Source: Deltaproteobacteria bacterium (lineage in GTDB: Bacteria; Desulfobacterota; GWC2-55-46). From it: a stretch of DNA of 64,000 nt. Within the stretch, counting starts at the first letter, position 1; every line of letters starts with the position of its first letter. The DNA is taken from the NCBI GenBank assembly GCA_015075075.1, contig JABTVA010000003.1, positions 38,619-102,618 of the forward strand, in the 5' to 3' direction. The translations under genes and the position numbers were made by a program. The notes below the pieces were generated by a model, which saw only the letters and a list, made by a program, of their open reading frames with translations, was not told where the DNA came from and did not search any database. Shown here piece by piece: positions 21,444 through 32,831 of this stretch.

Positions 21444-24012
21444 ATGGTAAGGGACTTTTCAAGTCTCGTCAGGGACACGGGCCTGCCGGTGAACGAGGTG
21501 ATTGCGGAGCTCCTTCTTGCGCTGAGGGAAGGTCGGAACGCGGTCCTCGAGGCCCCTCCTGGCGCGGGAAAGACCACGATGGTCCCGCTGGCTATCCTCG
21601 GAGAAGGCCGTGGCAATGGATGGCTCGCAAAAAAGCGCATCCTGATGCTCGAACCGAGGAGGCTCGCGGCAAGGGCCGCGGCATCGAGGATGGCCGAGCT
21701 CCTCGGCGAAAGGGCCGGCGAGACCGTCGGCTACAGGACAAGGCTCGACAGCGCCGTCGGCCCGCGGACGAGGATAGAGGTAGTTACGGAAGGGATACTC
21801 ACGCGCCTCATACAGGACGACCCCTCGCTCGAAGGGACCGGTATCGTCGTCTTCGACGAATTCCATGAAAGGAGCGTGCACGCGGACCTCGGGCTGGCCC
21901 TGACGCTCGAATGCCAGTCGGCATTAAGGGAAGACCTCCGGGTACTCGTCATGTCGGCGACACTCGACGGCAAAGAGATAGCCTTACTCCTCGGAGGGGC
22001 GCCGGTCATAAAGAGCTTCGGTAGCTCGTATCCGGTGGACTTAAGGTATCTGCCCGGCGCATCGAGGCCCGAGAGGGCCGATACCGAGACCGGCCCGGAT
22101 TTCGTAAGAAAGGTCGCTTCCGCGGTCCTTTCGGCCTTGAGTGAGGAGGCCGGGAGCGTCCTGGTCTTTCTTCCCGGTACCGGCGAGATAAAGCGGGTGG
22201 AAGGCGCGCTCAGGGAAAAGGCCCTTACGCCGGACGTGGACATAGTCCCGCTCTATGGAGGCCTCTCCAGGGAGGCGCAGGACCTGGCTATAAGGCCCTC
22301 TCCTTTGGGGAGGAGAAAGGTAGTGCTCGCGACCTCCATAGCGGAGACGAGCCTCACGATAGACGGTATAAGGGTGGTCATAGATTCAGGGCTTAAGCGC
22401 GTGCCGCGCTTTTCCCCGGCAACGGGCTTGAGCAGGCTTGAGACGGTCAGGGTAACAAGAGACTCCGCGGCCCAGAGATGCGGCAGGGCCGGGAGGGTCG
22501 CCCCGGGCGTTTGCCTGAGATTATGGCCCGAGCACATGAACGCGGCCCTTAAGGAGCGCGCATCGCCCGAGATACTGGAAGCCGACCTCCTGCCCCTGGC
22601 CCTTGAGCTTTCGGTCTGGGGGGCCGCAGACCCGGAGAAACTCAAGTGGCTCGACCCGCCGCCCAAAGGGGCGCTCTCCCAGGCAAGGGAGCTTCTCATA
22701 CGGCTCGGGGCCGTCAACCACGACGGAGCCGCGACCGCCCACGGAAGGGAGATGGCTGGGCTTCCCCTTCACCCGCGCCTTGCGCACATGGTCATAAGGG
22801 GGAATTCAATAGGCCTAGGCGCGCTCGCATGCGGTATCGCCGCCTTCCTTACTGAGCGGGACTTCCTCAAGAATGAAAGAGACCCGGACCTGAGGCACAG
22901 GCTGGAGCTACTCTCCGGCAACGCCAGCGGCGGGGATGCCGCCCATCCCCCGCATCCCATTGACAGGCACGCCTTTGAAAGGGTGAAGTCAGCCGCCCGG
23001 CAGATCGAGAAAGCGCTCGGCATAAAGGGGCGGCCAGGGGACCCGGACAAGGCAGGGCTCCTCCTTGCCTTCGCGTACCCGGACAGGATCGGAAAAAGAA
23101 GGGGCAGCGCGCAAGACGGACGCTATCTGCTCGCAAACGGCAGGGGCGCGCTCCTTCAGGCCTCGACCGCAAGCGCGGAGTACATAGTAGCCGCAAGCCT
23201 CGAAGGCGGAGAAAGGGAGTCCCGCGTCTTCCTTGCGGCCCCTCTCCTCGGATCATGGCTTGAGGAGTATTTCACTGACCAGATAGAGACAATAGACGTC
23301 GTCGATTGGGACCAGCAGGAGAGATGCGTCATCGCCAGGACCGAACGGAGGTTCTCTGCACTGGTCCTATCCGAGAGGCCGATAAAGGACCCGGACAAGG
23401 ATATGGTGCTTGCGGCACCTCAAGGGGATAAGGCAGAACGGCATAGGGCGCTCCCCTGGGATAGGAACTCGGAGAACCTGCGTGCGCGCATAAACTTTTT
23501 AAGCCGCGCAACCGACCTTACAGGTGTTGCCTTCCCAGTCCTTTCGGACGAAAAGCTCCTCGGCTCGCTTGAAGAATGGCTCAGGCCGTTCGCGTCCGGC
23601 ATGACCAGCGAGCACCCAAAGGGATCGACATGAAAGGCCGCCGTGCTCAGCTTGCTCTCGTGGGATGAGCGCGAATCGCTCGAGCTGCCCGTCCCACATC
23701 ATGGTGCGAGCGGCTCCAGGATAACCATAGACTATTGGCAGAGCGCCCTGTGCCGCCGTAAGGCTCCAGGAATGTTCGGCCTCGCCTCGACCCCAGCCAT
23801 TGCGGAGGGAAAAGTAAAGCTCCTCCTCCACCTCCTTTCCCTGCGGGCCGACCGATACGGGTAACCGACGACCTTGCCGGGTTCTGGGCCTCAAGCTACC
23901 AGCTCGTCAAAGGGCTCGGGGAAGTCCGAAGCACCACTGGCCGGACGACCCCCATGGTCGCCAGGCTAAGAGGCGCAAAAGGAAGAAAATAAAAAGCCGG
24001 AGGATTGCGTGA
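21444..24012 (+). pseudogene. hrpB: ATP-dependent RNA helicase HrpB, last ~130 codons frameshifted
   Basis: 729 aa intact (APPGAGKTT, VVFDEFHERS, SATLD, TSIAETSLTIDG, QRCGRAGR). The C-terminal HrpB domain (PSGSRITIDY.., HLLSP.., DLAGFWASSYQLVK.., SPKHHWPDDP) is readable only across three frames to TGA 24010-24012. Confidence 0.85.
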
Positions 24013-25145
24013 AAATACGGCAGGTAATCCAGGACCGGGACGATTCGGTCAAATGGGATACCACCAGATGAAGGGCGAGGTGGATGAGATGATACCGATG
24101 TCCATAGCCGACATGGACTTCCCCGGACTTCGTTGTCGAGGCGATAATCGGAAGAGCTGGCACGGCATCTTCGGATATACGGTAGTGCCTGAGGCTATTA
24201 TTCCTCCCTTTCAAAATGGCTCTTGATGAGGTCGGGCTGGGAGGTGAGGAAGGAATGGATACGGCCCACCCCCGGGGTAATCCCGGCCCTGGCGTTTGCG
24301 GTAGAGGCCTTTACCGAGCCAGGGGACGGTATCATAATACAGCCGCGTCTACCACCGTTCAGGGCCGTAATCGCCGATAACGGCAGGGCCGTCGTAAACA
24401 ACCCGCTCAAATGCGAAGCAACGCGTACTCGATGGATATCGAAGGGCTTAAGCGCGCAGTCGATTCAGGACAAAGGTAATCATCATCTCAACACATAACC
24501 CTGTCGGCAGGGTCTGGCGTCAGGAAGAGCTTGAGCTGGCGGAAGTCTGCCTCGAAAACGCGTATAATCATATCCGACGAGATTTCGCGGGACCTCGTAA
24601 TGCCCGGCTGCACGCACACGCCCACGGCGATGCTCTCGGACGAGGTATCGGATAACCGTCACTTGCACCTCGCCGAGCAAGACCTTCAACCTTGCCGAGC
24701 TTCACGTTGCAAACGCCATAATACCGGACAAGGGGCTCTATGAAAGGTTCGACCTGGCGCTGACCAGGGCGGGGCTCAAGAGGCCGAACGTGCTCGGCAT
24801 GGCCGCCCTGGAAGCCGCCTACGCAAACGGCGACGGATGGGTCAGCGAGCTCATTACCTATCTCAACGGGAACTACAACTACGCGGGGACTTTTTTCTGG
24901 AAAAACTCCCGGAGGTAAGGGTATCGGCAATGGAGGGGACCTATCTCGGGTGGCTCGATTTCAGGGGGCTCGGCCTTCCGGAGGCCGCGGTGGATGAAAG
25001 GCTCCTTTTGAAGGCGCGGGTGGACATGACGCCCGGGCGCATATTCGGCCCGGGCGGGGAAGGCTTTTACAGGATGAACCTGGCCTGCCCGAGAGCGGTG
25101 CTTGAAAGGGCGCTCACGCGGATACGCGGGGCATTCAGGGAATAG
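24009..25145 (+). pseudogene. PatB/MalY-type PLP-dependent C-S lyase (aminotransferase class I/II), heavily frameshifted
   Basis: Fragments across frames: DDSVKWD, MIPMSIADMDFP, PGVIPALAFAVEAFTEPGDGIIIQP, HNPVGRVW-like, IISDEI..DLVMPG, SPSKTFNLAELH-like. The last 102 aa are intact (MEGTYLGWLDF..FGPGGEGFYRMNLACPR). Confidence 0.7.
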
Positions 25146-25199
25146 CTTCGCCTCTTTCTGTTATACTCCTTATAACGACGAAGGCAGGGTGATAGGCAT

Positions 25200-25589
25200 T
25201 TGCTTATTGCCGTTATCATGATTGCGCTTGGGGCAGCGCCTGCGCTATCACAGCAGAAAGGCGATGCATACGAGGCAAAAACCGGTCCGGACGGCGTACG
25301 GGGGCTGCGTTGGCCGCAGGGAGCTATTACTTCAGGCCAAATCATATCGTCAGGCGGGGCGCCTGTCGAGCTTGAGTTGAGATCCGAGGCGCTCATAGTA
25401 CCGCACGATTTTATCATAGACGCCCCTGAAGCGGGTATCGAGGATCTCGGAGGGGCTTGCAGGGAAGCCGGTCTTCATAGGTTCACGCCGGGAAAGGCAG
25501 GGATATACCGGTTCTACTGCGGGAAGGGCTTCCCTCTTCAAGGAGCCACAGGGAAAGGGGATGGAAGAACGCTTGAGGTAGTGCCTTGA
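25200..25589 (+). pseudogene. Cupredoxin-domain protein (EfeO/plastocyanin-like), probably frameshifted
   Basis: Signal-like N-terminus; VELELRSEALIVPHDFIID..FTPGKAGIYRFYC. The expected ..SHRE.GMEGTLEV copper-ligand tail and a GSYYFRPNHIV strand are readable only in other frames. Confidence 0.5.
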
Positions 25590-25616
25590 CGGTATTCATC
25601 TGATAAGAACGAATTT

Positions 25617-25645
25617 GGCGGCTGTCCCGCTTCGGGACAGCCGCC
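25617..25645. other. Perfect 12-bp stem hairpin between convergent genes
   Basis: GGCGGCTGTCCC-GCTTC-GGGACAGCCGCC. No clear U-tract on either strand. Confidence 0.4.
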
Positions 25646-25680
25646 TGAGGATTGCCCCCTGCTTTCTTTTCTTCTCCGTC

Positions 25681-25993
25681 TACTTCCAGTCCCTGTCCTC
25701 CATCACCTTCCTGTTGACGGGTTTTCCCTAGGTGCTCCTTTTGTGATGGCCGCGCGTCTGCCGGGGCCAGGTCCAGAAGACGTTGTCAGGGAATACGGCT
25801 GCGATAGGGCCCTCGAAACAGGGCCCCATGCAGCCGGTCTGCACGAGCGCGAACCTGCCGAAGAGGTCCTGCTGCTCGAATTCCTTTGCAAAGGCCATGA
25901 GCACCTCGTGACCGCCCCTCAGCGTGCTTGAGCCCTTAGGGTGCCCTTCAGGCCTCGTTCACGCATACGAGACGAACTTTCCGGTTTTGCCAT
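25681..25993 (-). pseudogene. Thioredoxin-like [2Fe-2S] ferredoxin, frameshifted
   Basis: Manual translation: MAKP..FVSYA / RPEGHPKGS / RGGHEVLMAFAKEFEQQDLFGRFALVQTGCMGPCFEGPIAAVFPDNVFW ... VMEDRDWK-stop, spread over frames. Confidence 0.55.
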
Positions 25994-26236
25994 GTATCCA
26001 TCCCCTCGCAGGAAATCTAAGGCTTGCTGAAAACTTAGTTTCTGGGCTGCTCAAAAAGCTCAGATGCGAGGCCCTTGGAACAGGTGGGCGAGGAATAGAG
26101 GCGTACTTTGTGTACGCCGCAGTGACAAACGACGAACGCTTCGACGCAGATGGACTTTTTCGGCAGCCTGCCGATTTGCAGCCCCACTGGTAGACCAATA
26201 GATTATATCGGGAAATCGATTTCGCGGCAGGTTGCC

Positions 26237-26276
26237 AAAATAAAAAGCCCTGAAACTCTGTACACAGAGTTCAGGA
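26237..26276 (-). terminator. Rho-independent terminator after the tRNA pair
   Basis: Minus strand CCTGAACTCTGTGTACAGAGTTTCAGG followed by GCTTTTTATTTT. Confidence 0.6.
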
Positions 26277-26286
26277 CTCTCGTGTC

Positions 26287-26358
26287 TGGCGGGGCCGACG
26301 GGACTCGAACCGCCCTCTGGCGACAGGCCAGCGTTATAAACGACTTAACTACGGCCCC
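26287..26358 (-). tRNA. tRNA-Asp(GUC)-like, with a shortened anticodon loop
   Basis: Acceptor GGGGCCG/CGGCCCC plus G-CCA; D stem GTTA/TAAC; T loop TTCGAGT. The anticodon arm reads CTGGC-CTGTC-GCCAG, a 5-nt loop containing GTC, about 2 nt short of a normal loop. Val-Asp order is classical. Confidence 0.6.
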
Positions 26359-26411
26359 GTTTTTACGCTAAGCCCACCCTCTTTATTATAGCAGGTTGCG
26401 ACTGTATTTCA

Positions 26412-26487
26412 TGGTAGGCGGAACAGGGTTCGAACCTGTGACCCCAGCCTTGTAAGGGCTGTGCTCTACCGACTGAGCTATCCGCCC
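26412..26487 (-). tRNA. tRNA-Val(UAC)
   Basis: GGGCGGATAGCTCAGTCGGTAGAGCACAGCCCTTACAAGGCTGGGGTCACAGGTTCGAACCCTGTTCCGCCTACCA. Anticodon arm CAGCC-CTTACAA-GGCTG. Confidence 0.9.
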
Positions 26488-26628
26488 TCTGAAACCGGCG
26501 CGGCATCCGGGCTTTTATAGCGCCCAATTCAAAAGAACTGCCTGGCCTCTCAAGTTGAATCCCCCGCCTTTCTGTGGGGGATTTGTTTTTATATCAGTTC
26601 CGACTCACCCTGTCAAGGAGATTCAGAC

Positions 26629-29079
26629 TCAGTGCCTTACGAGGTCACCTGCCACCGGCGCGGGCGGCTCGACAGGAGCATCAGAGACGACCGCCTTCTC
26701 TACGGCCTTGACCTTGAATATCTCCTCCCTGGTCTTCGCGTCCAGCGCCTTAAGGAGCACCTCGTCCATGTGCTCGACGAGCTCGGTCTTGACCTTCTTA
26801 AGTATCTGCTGCGGTATCTCCTTGAGGTCCTTCTCGTTCTCCGCCGGGATGAGCACCTTGGGTATGCCCGCCCTGTGCGCCGCCAGGAGCTTCTCCTTCA
26901 GGCCGCCGATGGGAAGGACCTTGCCGCGTAGCGTTATCTCGCCGGTCATTGCCACGTCTTTCCTGACGGGTATCTTCGTAAGCGCGGATACGAGCGCCGT
27001 TGCCATTGTGATGCCCGCGGACGGCCCGTCCTTGGGGATCGCGCCCTCGGGTACGTGGATGTGCGTATCGAGCTTCTGGTAGAAGTCCCTCTCAAGGCCG
27101 AGCTCGGTTGCGCGGCTACGGACGTAGGTCATGGCGGCCTGCGCGGACTCCTGCATGACCTCTCCGAGCTTCCCGGTTATCGTGAGCTTCCCCTTTCCGG
27201 GGACGAGCGCCACCTCTATTACGAGGAGCTCGCCGCCGACCTCCGTCCAGGCAAGGCCCGTGGCCATGCCGACCTCGTTCGTCTTGTCCACCGTGCCGTA
27301 GCGGTAGGGCGGCACCCCCAGATACTTGGCGAGCGACCTGGCCGTTACCGTCACCTTCGCGCTCAGGCCCTTCTTCAGTATCTCCTTGGCCGCCTTCCTG
27401 CATATGGCCGCGACTTGGCGCTCGAGGTTCCTTACACCCGCCTCTTTCGTGTATCTCCTTATGACCATGAGGATGGTGGATTTCCCCATGTCCAGGTTCG
27501 CCGCGGTAAGGCCGTGCATCTTGAGCTGCTTCGGAAGCAGGAACCGCTCCACTATATGGAGCTTCTCAAGCTCTGTATACCCGGGTATCCTTATAAGCTC
27601 CATCCTGTCGAGGAGCGGATAGGGGATGCCCTGCACCGAGTTGGCGGTAGTTATGAACATTATCTTCGAGAGGTCGTAGTCGCAGTCGAGGTAATGGTCG
27701 CTGAACGTATGGTTCTGCTCAGGGTCCAATACCTCAAGGAGCGCGCTCGCCGGGTCCCCCCTGAAGTCGTGGCTCATCTTGTCCACCTCGTCCAGGAGGA
27801 ATACGGGGTTGTTGGAGCCCGCCTTCTTAAGAGACTGCACGATCTTGCCAGGCATGGAGCCTATGTATGTCCTCCTGTGCCCGCGTATCTCGGCCTCGTC
27901 CTTCACTCCGCCCAGCGATAGCCTTACGAAGTTCCTGCCCGTGGCCCTTGCGATGGACTTCGCAAGCGAGGTCTTCCCGACGCCCGGAGGGCCGACGAGG
28001 CAGAGTATCGGGCCCTTCATCTCGTCCACGAGGCCCCTTACGGCCAGGTACTCGATTATCCTTTCCTTCACGGCCTTTAGCCCGTAGTGGTCTTCGTCCA
28101 GGACCTTCTCGGCCTCGGTTATATCCTTCTTTTCGTCCGTGACGTTCTCCCAGGGGAGCGAGAGGAGCCAGTCTATGTAGTTCCTGGAGACCGTGGCCTC
28201 CGCTGACATGGGCGACATGAGGCGGAGCTTCTTCAATTCCTGCTTGGCCTTCCTGGTCGCCTCCTTGGACATCTTCCTGGTCTTGAGCTTTTCCTCGAAC
28301 TCCTGTATCTCGCCCTTAAGGTCGTCCTTCTCGCCGAGCTCCTTCTGTATGGCCTTCATCTGCTCGGAGAGGTAGTACTCCTTCTGGGTCTTCTCCATCT
28401 GGCGCTTCACTCTCTGGCGGATCTTCTGCTCCACCTCGAGTATCTCGATCTCGCTCTCCATGATGGAGTAGAGCCTCTCGAGCCTCTTCGTGGGGCTCGG
28501 GAGAGCAAGGAGCGCCTGCTTGTCCTCTATCTTGATGGTCAGGTGCGAGCAGATGGTGTCCGCGAGCCTGCCCGGGTCCTCTATCGAAGATACGCTCATG
28601 AGCATCTCGGGCGGGACCCTCTTGTTGAACTTCACGTAGGACTCGAAGGACTTTACGACCGACCTCGTCAGGGCCTCGGTCTCGACGGTCTCGTCCATGA
28701 CCTCATCGACCTCCTCGACCGCGACCATGAAGCAGTCGTCCTCGGAGACGTACTCCTTTATCTTGGCCCTCTTCTTGCCCTCGACCAGCACCTTGACCGT
28801 CCCGTCCGGGAGCCTCAGGAGCTGGAGGATGGTGCCGAGCGTGCCGACCTCGTAGATGTCGTCCTGGCCCGGCTCCTCGGTCTTGGCCTTCTTCTGGGCC
28901 GCGAGCAGTATGGACTTGTCCGAGCCCATCGCGAGCTCGAGGGCCTTGATGGACTTCTCCCTTCCCACGAAGAGGGGCACTACCATGTATGGAAATATTA
29001 TTATGTCCCTTAACGGTATGAGCGGGACTATCATCCTGTCTCTCTTCAAATCCCTTCCTCCCTTTATGAAGGACAGCAT
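26629..29079 (-). CDS. lon: ATP-dependent Lon protease
   Basis: LON N-domain ([20 protein letters not shown]), Walker [10 protein letters not shown], protease site [17 protein letters not shown]. Start chosen at MLSFIKGG; MIVPL at 29034 is an alternative. The 60-codon upstream extension is rejected. Confidence 0.93.
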   Translation of the reverse strand: MLSFIKGGRDLKRDRMIVPLIPLRDIIIFPYMVVPLFVGREKSIKALELAMGSDKSILLAAQKKAKTEEPGQDDIYEVGTLGTILQLLRLPDGTVKVLVEGKKRAKIKEYVSEDDCFMVAVEEVDEVMDETVETEALTRSVVKSFESYVKFNKRVPPEMLMSVSSIEDPGRLADTICSHLTIKIEDKQALLALPSPTKRLERLYSIMESEIEILEVEQKIRQRVKRQMEKTQKEYYLSEQMKAIQKELGEKDDLKGEIQEFEEKLKTRKMSKEATRKAKQELKKLRLMSPMSAEATVSRNYIDWLLSLPWENVTDEKKDITEAEKVLDEDHYGLKAVKERIIEYLAVRGLVDEMKGPILCLVGPPGVGKTSLAKSIARATGRNFVRLSLGGVKDEAEIRGHRRTYIGSMPGKIVQSLKKAGSNNPVFLLDEVDKMSHDFRGDPASALLEVLDPEQNHTFSDHYLDCDYDLSKIMFITTANSVQGIPYPLLDRMELIRIPGYTELEKLHIVERFLLPKQLKMHGLTAANLDMGKSTILMVIRRYTKEAGVRNLERQVAAICRKAAKEILKKGLSAKVTVTARSLAKYLGVPPYRYGTVDKTNEVGMATGLAWTEVGGELLVIEVALVPGKGKLTITGKLGEVMQESAQAAMTYVRSRATELGLERDFYQKLDTHIHVPEGAIPKDGPSAGITMATALVSALTKIPVRKDVAMTGEITLRGKVLPIGGLKEKLLAAHRAGIPKVLIPAENEKDLKEIPQQILKKVKTELVEHMDEVLLKALDAKTREEIFKVKAVEKAVVSDAPVEPPAPVAGDLVRH

Positions 29080-29180
29080 CTCTGAAACCCTCCGGGCCGC
29101 GCCGGCGTCAGGCCCTGGCGCTTGGCGCCGCTCGCCTGCCCGTTGTCCGAAAAACCTGAATACGCCGGTCCAGGCGGGTT

Positions 29181-30437
29181 TCAGGCCGTCTCGGCCCTGT
29201 TGCCGTACACGATTATGGGCTTGGCCTTGTCGAAGATAACGTCCTCGTTGATTATGCACTCCTTTATGTTGGTCTGCGAGGGGAGCTCGTACATCGTATC
29301 GAGCATCACGTTCTCGAGGATCGCGCGGAGGCCCCTTGCCCCTGCCTTCCTCCTCATCGACTCCTTCGCGACCGCCGCAAGCGCGCTATCGGTGAATTTT
29401 AGCTTCACGTTCTCGAACTCGAAAAGCTTCTGGTACTGCTTTATGAGGGCGTTCCTGGGCTCGGTGAGTATCCTCACCAGGTCCTTCTCGTTCAATTCGT
29501 CGAGGACGGCCGTCACCGGGAGCCTGCCCATGAACTCGGGTATGAGCCCGTACTTGAGGAAATCCCCTGGCTCGGCCTGGTGCATGAGCTTCGTGTAGCT
29601 CGTGTCCACGTCCTTCTGCTTCGATTCGTCCGTGCTGAAGCCCACGGCCCTTTTCCCCACCCTCTGGGCCACAATGGAATCCAGGCCCGAGAAGGCCCCG
29701 CCGCAGATGAAGAGTATGTTGGTGGTGTCCACCTGCAGGAACTCCTGCTGCGGGTGCTTGCGGCCGCCCTTGGGCGGCACGTTGGCGACCGTTCCCTCGA
29801 TTATCTTCAGGAGCGCCTGCTGCACGCCCTCTCCGGAGACGTCCCTTGTTATCGAGGGGCTGTCGCTCTTCCTCGATATCTTGTCTATCTCGTCTATGTA
29901 GACTATGCCCTTCTGGCACCTCTCGATGTCGTACTCCGAGTTCTGCAGAAGGGAGAGTATTATGTTCTCCACGTCCTCGCCGACGTACCCGGCCTCGGTC
30001 AGGGTGGTGGCGTCGGCTATGGTGAAGGGCACGGTCAGTATCTTCGCGAGGGTCTGCGCAAGGAGGGTCTTCCCGGAGCCGGTCGGGCCGACGAGGAGTA
30101 TGTTGGACTTCTGGAGCTCGACGTTCCCGAGGGACACCTTGGACTCGATCCGCTTGTAGTGGTTGTGGACCGCGACCGAAAGGACCCTCTTAGCGTGCTC
30201 CTGCCCTATGACGTACTCGTCGAGGATGTTCTTTATCTCCGCGGGCTTGGGGATGGCATGCTCCCTCTTCTTGAACTCCTCTTTCTCGTACTCCTCGGCT
30301 ATGATGTCATTGCAGAGCTCGATGCACTCGTCGCAGATGTACACCATCGGCCCGGCTACGAGCTTCCTTACCTCATCCTGCCCCTTGCTGCAAAACGAGC
30401 AGGTCAGGTAGCTGCCGCTTTTCTTGTTGATCGACAT
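29181..30437 (-). CDS. clpX: ATP-dependent Clp protease ATP-binding subunit ClpX
   Basis: Zinc-binding [16 protein letters not shown]; Walker [16 protein letters not shown]; IGF-like loop region. Confidence 0.95.
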   Translation of the reverse strand: MSINKKSGSYLTCSFCSKGQDEVRKLVAGPMVYICDECIELCNDIIAEEYEKEEFKKREHAIPKPAEIKNILDEYVIGQEHAKRVLSVAVHNHYKRIESKVSLGNVELQKSNILLVGPTGSGKTLLAQTLAKILTVPFTIADATTLTEAGYVGEDVENIILSLLQNSEYDIERCQKGIVYIDEIDKISRKSDSPSITRDVSGEGVQQALLKIIEGTVANVPPKGGRKHPQQEFLQVDTTNILFICGGAFSGLDSIVAQRVGKRAVGFSTDESKQKDVDTSYTKLMHQAEPGDFLKYGLIPEFMGRLPVTAVLDELNEKDLVRILTEPRNALIKQYQKLFEFENVKLKFTDSALAAVAKESMRRKAGARGLRAILENVMLDTMYELPSQTNIKECIINEDVIFDKAKPIIVYGNRAETA

Positions 30438-30483
30438 CTTCTCCTCCGACCATTCCTTTGGCCGAAACCCGCGTTTTTAATCC

Positions 30484-31089
30484 CTATTTCGGCTTGGCTT
30501 CAGTTGCGATCCTCTTCTCTATGACCTTGTCAATTATACCATACTCGACCGCCTGCTGCCCAGTCATAAAAAAGTCGCGCTCGGTGTCCCTGTGTATCCT
30601 GTCGAGCGGCTGTCCGGTATGCCGGGCCAGTATGGTGGTCAGCTCTTCCCTTACACGCAGTATCTCCTTGGCCTGTATGTCTATGTCGGTCGCCTGCCCC
30701 TGCGCGCCCCCGAGCGGCTGGTGTATGAGTATCCTCGAATGCGGGAGCGCATAGCGCTTGCCCGGCGCGCCGCCGGCCAGAAGGAGCGCCCCCATCGACG
30801 CCGCCTGCCCGATGCAGATCGTCGAGACGTCGGGCTTCACATACTGCATGGTGTCGTAGATCGCGAGTCCGGCGGTCACGAGCCCGCCGGGGGAGTTCAC
30901 GTAGATATGGATGTCCTTCTCGGGGTCTTCGGATTCGAGGAAAAGGAGCTGGGCGACTATCAGGTTCGCGATATTGTCGTCCACGCCGCTCCCCAGGAAG
31001 ATTATCCTGTCCTTGAGGAGCCTTGAATATATGTCGTACGACCGCTCTCCCCTGCCAGTCTGCTCGACTACTATAGGGACAAGATTCAT
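30484..31089 (-). CDS. clpP: ATP-dependent Clp protease proteolytic subunit
   Basis: 201 aa: catalytic [14 protein letters not shown] and HQPLGG. Confidence 0.95.
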   Translation of the reverse strand: MNLVPIVVEQTGRGERSYDIYSRLLKDRIIFLGSGVDDNIANLIVAQLLFLESEDPEKDIHIYVNSPGGLVTAGLAIYDTMQYVKPDVSTICIGQAASMGALLLAGGAPGKRYALPHSRILIHQPLGGAQGQATDIDIQAKEILRVREELTTILARHTGQPLDRIHRDTERDFFMTGQQAVEYGIIDKVIEKRIATEAKPK

Positions 31090-31154
31090 ATCCCCTCCCG
31101 TTTATTGGCAACATCCGAAAAGATCTTTTCCCCGGACTTGCGTCATGCCGTGAT

Positions 31155-31186
31155 TGGGAAAAATTCTCTATTTTTAGACGTTGCCT
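31155..31186. repeat. Family-A right-end fragment
   Basis: GGGAAAAATTCTCTATTTTTAGACGTTGCC resembles CGGGGAAAAGATCAATTTTTAGAGGTTGC. Confidence 0.4.
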
Positions 31187-31204
31187 GTTTTATTGCCGGA
31201 ATCC

Positions 31205-32491
31205 CTAAGGCGCCGGCTTGCTCGCCTCTATGATGATATCGAATACCTTCTCGTGCCTGAGCCCGTCCCTTATGACCCCGAGGGCGCCTTCCCTCTCTAT
31301 CCTGGCCATGAGCGACTCGTAGGAAACGCCCCTCTGGGCCGCTATGTTCCTTACGGCGTCCTCCACCTCGAGGGCGCTCGCGTCCACCTGCTCCTTCGCG
31401 GATATGTGGTCGAGGACGATGTCTTCCTTGACCGACCTGACGGCCGCGGGCGTGTACTTCTCCTTGAGCTTCTCTATGTCCAGGCCCTTGTCGTCGGGCG
31501 CGATTATGCCGGCGTTCATGTTCTCGACCACCTTGCCGAGTATGATGCCCAGGTACCTGTTGACGAGCGCCTGTGGCACCTCGAACTGGTGCTTCTCTAT
31601 GAGCTTCGTGAGTATTTCGGTCTTCAGGCGCTCCTTGGCGTCGGCTTTCTTGTGCTTCTCTATTTCCTCCCTGACCTTTGCGCGAAGCGCCTCGACGTTC
31701 TCAAGGCCCAGCTCCTTGGCGAACTCGTCGTTCACCTCGGGTGTCCCCTTCTCCTTCACGGACTTTACGACCACCTTGAAAAGCCCGGTCTTGCCGGCAA
31801 GGCCTGTTTCGCTGTAGTTCTCGGGGAACTTGATGTCAAATTCCCTTTTCTCTCCCTTTTTTGCGCCCTTGAGCGCCTCGTCAAATCCGGGCAGGAGCGT
31901 CTTCTCACCTATTATACACCCGTAATCCGAGCTTTTTCCGTTCTTTATCGGCTCCCCGCCAAGGAACGCCTCGAAGTCCACGACGACCATGTCGCCTGCG
32001 TCCGCGCTCCTCTCGGCCTCGACCCATTCGCCGGCGGCCTTGCAGAGGTTATTCAAGCCCCTTTCGATATCTTCCTCGGTGACCGTGACCTCCTCCTTTT
32101 TAAGCTCCATGCCCTTGTAGCCGTCGATCTCGACGCTCGGCTGGACCTCTACCGTCACGGAGTATGAGAAGTCGCTGTCCTCGCTTATCTGCTCGGTCTT
32201 GAGCTCAAAGCTCGGGGCCTCGACGGGCATGAGCTTTTTCTCCCCCAGCGCATGGGGGTAGGTCGACTCTATAAGCTTCCTCGTCACGACCTCCTGGACA
32301 TGGCTGGCGAACCTGGCCTTCAAAATATTGATCGGGACCGAGCCCTTCCTGAACCCGGCGACGTTAGCCGTGGACTTTATAGAGCGGTACGCCGCGTCTA
32401 TCTCCTTCCTTACAGTCTCGGCGGGCACCGAGATATCGAGCTTCTTCTTTACCGGGGTCAAATCCTCGACTTCGACTCTGATGTTCTGCAT
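31205..32491 (-). CDS. tig: Trigger factor
   Basis: 428 aa: N-terminal ribosome-binding GFRKGSVP, central FKBP-type PPIase, C-terminal arms. Classical tig-clpP-clpX-lon order. Confidence 0.93.
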   Translation of the reverse strand: MQNIRVEVEDLTPVKKKLDISVPAETVRKEIDAAYRSIKSTANVAGFRKGSVPINILKARFASHVQEVVTRKLIESTYPHALGEKKLMPVEAPSFELKTEQISEDSDFSYSVTVEVQPSVEIDGYKGMELKKEEVTVTEEDIERGLNNLCKAAGEWVEAERSADAGDMVVVDFEAFLGGEPIKNGKSSDYGCIIGEKTLLPGFDEALKGAKKGEKREFDIKFPENYSETGLAGKTGLFKVVVKSVKEKGTPEVNDEFAKELGLENVEALRAKVREEIEKHKKADAKERLKTEILTKLIEKHQFEVPQALVNRYLGIILGKVVENMNAGIIAPDDKGLDIEKLKEKYTPAAVRSVKEDIVLDHISAKEQVDASALEVEDAVRNIAAQRGVSYESLMARIEREGALGVIRDGLRHEKVFDIIIEASKPAP

Positions 32492-32526
32492 CTTACCCTT
32501 CCCTCTATTCTATATGAGATTTCTAT

Positions 32527-32568
32527 CAGGCTGCAGCCTGAACATGCTTTGAGTCTTTCAACAACCTG
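32527..32568. repeat. Family-D repeat, right half only
   Basis: CAGGCTGCAGCCTGAACATGCTTTGAGTCTTTCAACAACCTG matches the right half of 40391-40540. Confidence 0.55.
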
Positions 32569-32584
32569 CGAGACACTGAGAAAC

Positions 32585-32667
32585 TGGTGCGAGAGGGGGG
32601 AGTTGAACCCCCACGGTTGCCCACCAGATCCTAAGTCTGGCGCGTCTGCCGATTCCGCCACTCTCGC
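32585..32667 (-). tRNA. tRNA-Leu(UAG)
   Basis: Acceptor GCGAGAG/CTCTCGC plus A-CCA; anticodon arm CCAGA-CTTAGGA-TCTGG; long variable arm; T arm GGGGG-TTCAACT-CCCCC. Confidence 0.9.
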
Positions 32668-32831
32668 AAGGGACTTTTCCTTCCGGGCCCGCAGATCACG
32701 CCCATTCCCATGTTAAGGAGCAATGCCGCCAGCTGAGAAGCTTTCAAAAAACAAGGCAGGTTTGCTTAGGCCGGAGCCCTTTAAAGGGGCTTTGCAGCGC
32801 AAAAAGGCGTCTGTTATAGCAAACTTAGGGT

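Noticed and set aside
26000-26198. Glutaredoxin/NrdH-like fragment (..KVRLYSSPTCS..) on the minus strand upstream of the ferredoxin
   Set aside because: Only about 15 suggestive residues. No CxxC, no continuation in any frame, and no start or RBS. Cannot be supported.
26560-26590. Hairpin AATCCCCC-GCCTTTCTGT-GGGGGATT as the lon terminator
   Set aside because: The T-run (TGTTTTTAT) follows the stem on the plus strand, not on the lon (minus) strand. No plus-strand gene lies upstream, so the function and orientation are unclear.
29080-29259. 60-codon N-terminal extension of Lon (ORF start at 29259)
   Set aside because: The extension is Arg/Gly/Gln-rich with no Lon similarity. The conserved Lon N-terminus begins at [18 protein letters not shown].
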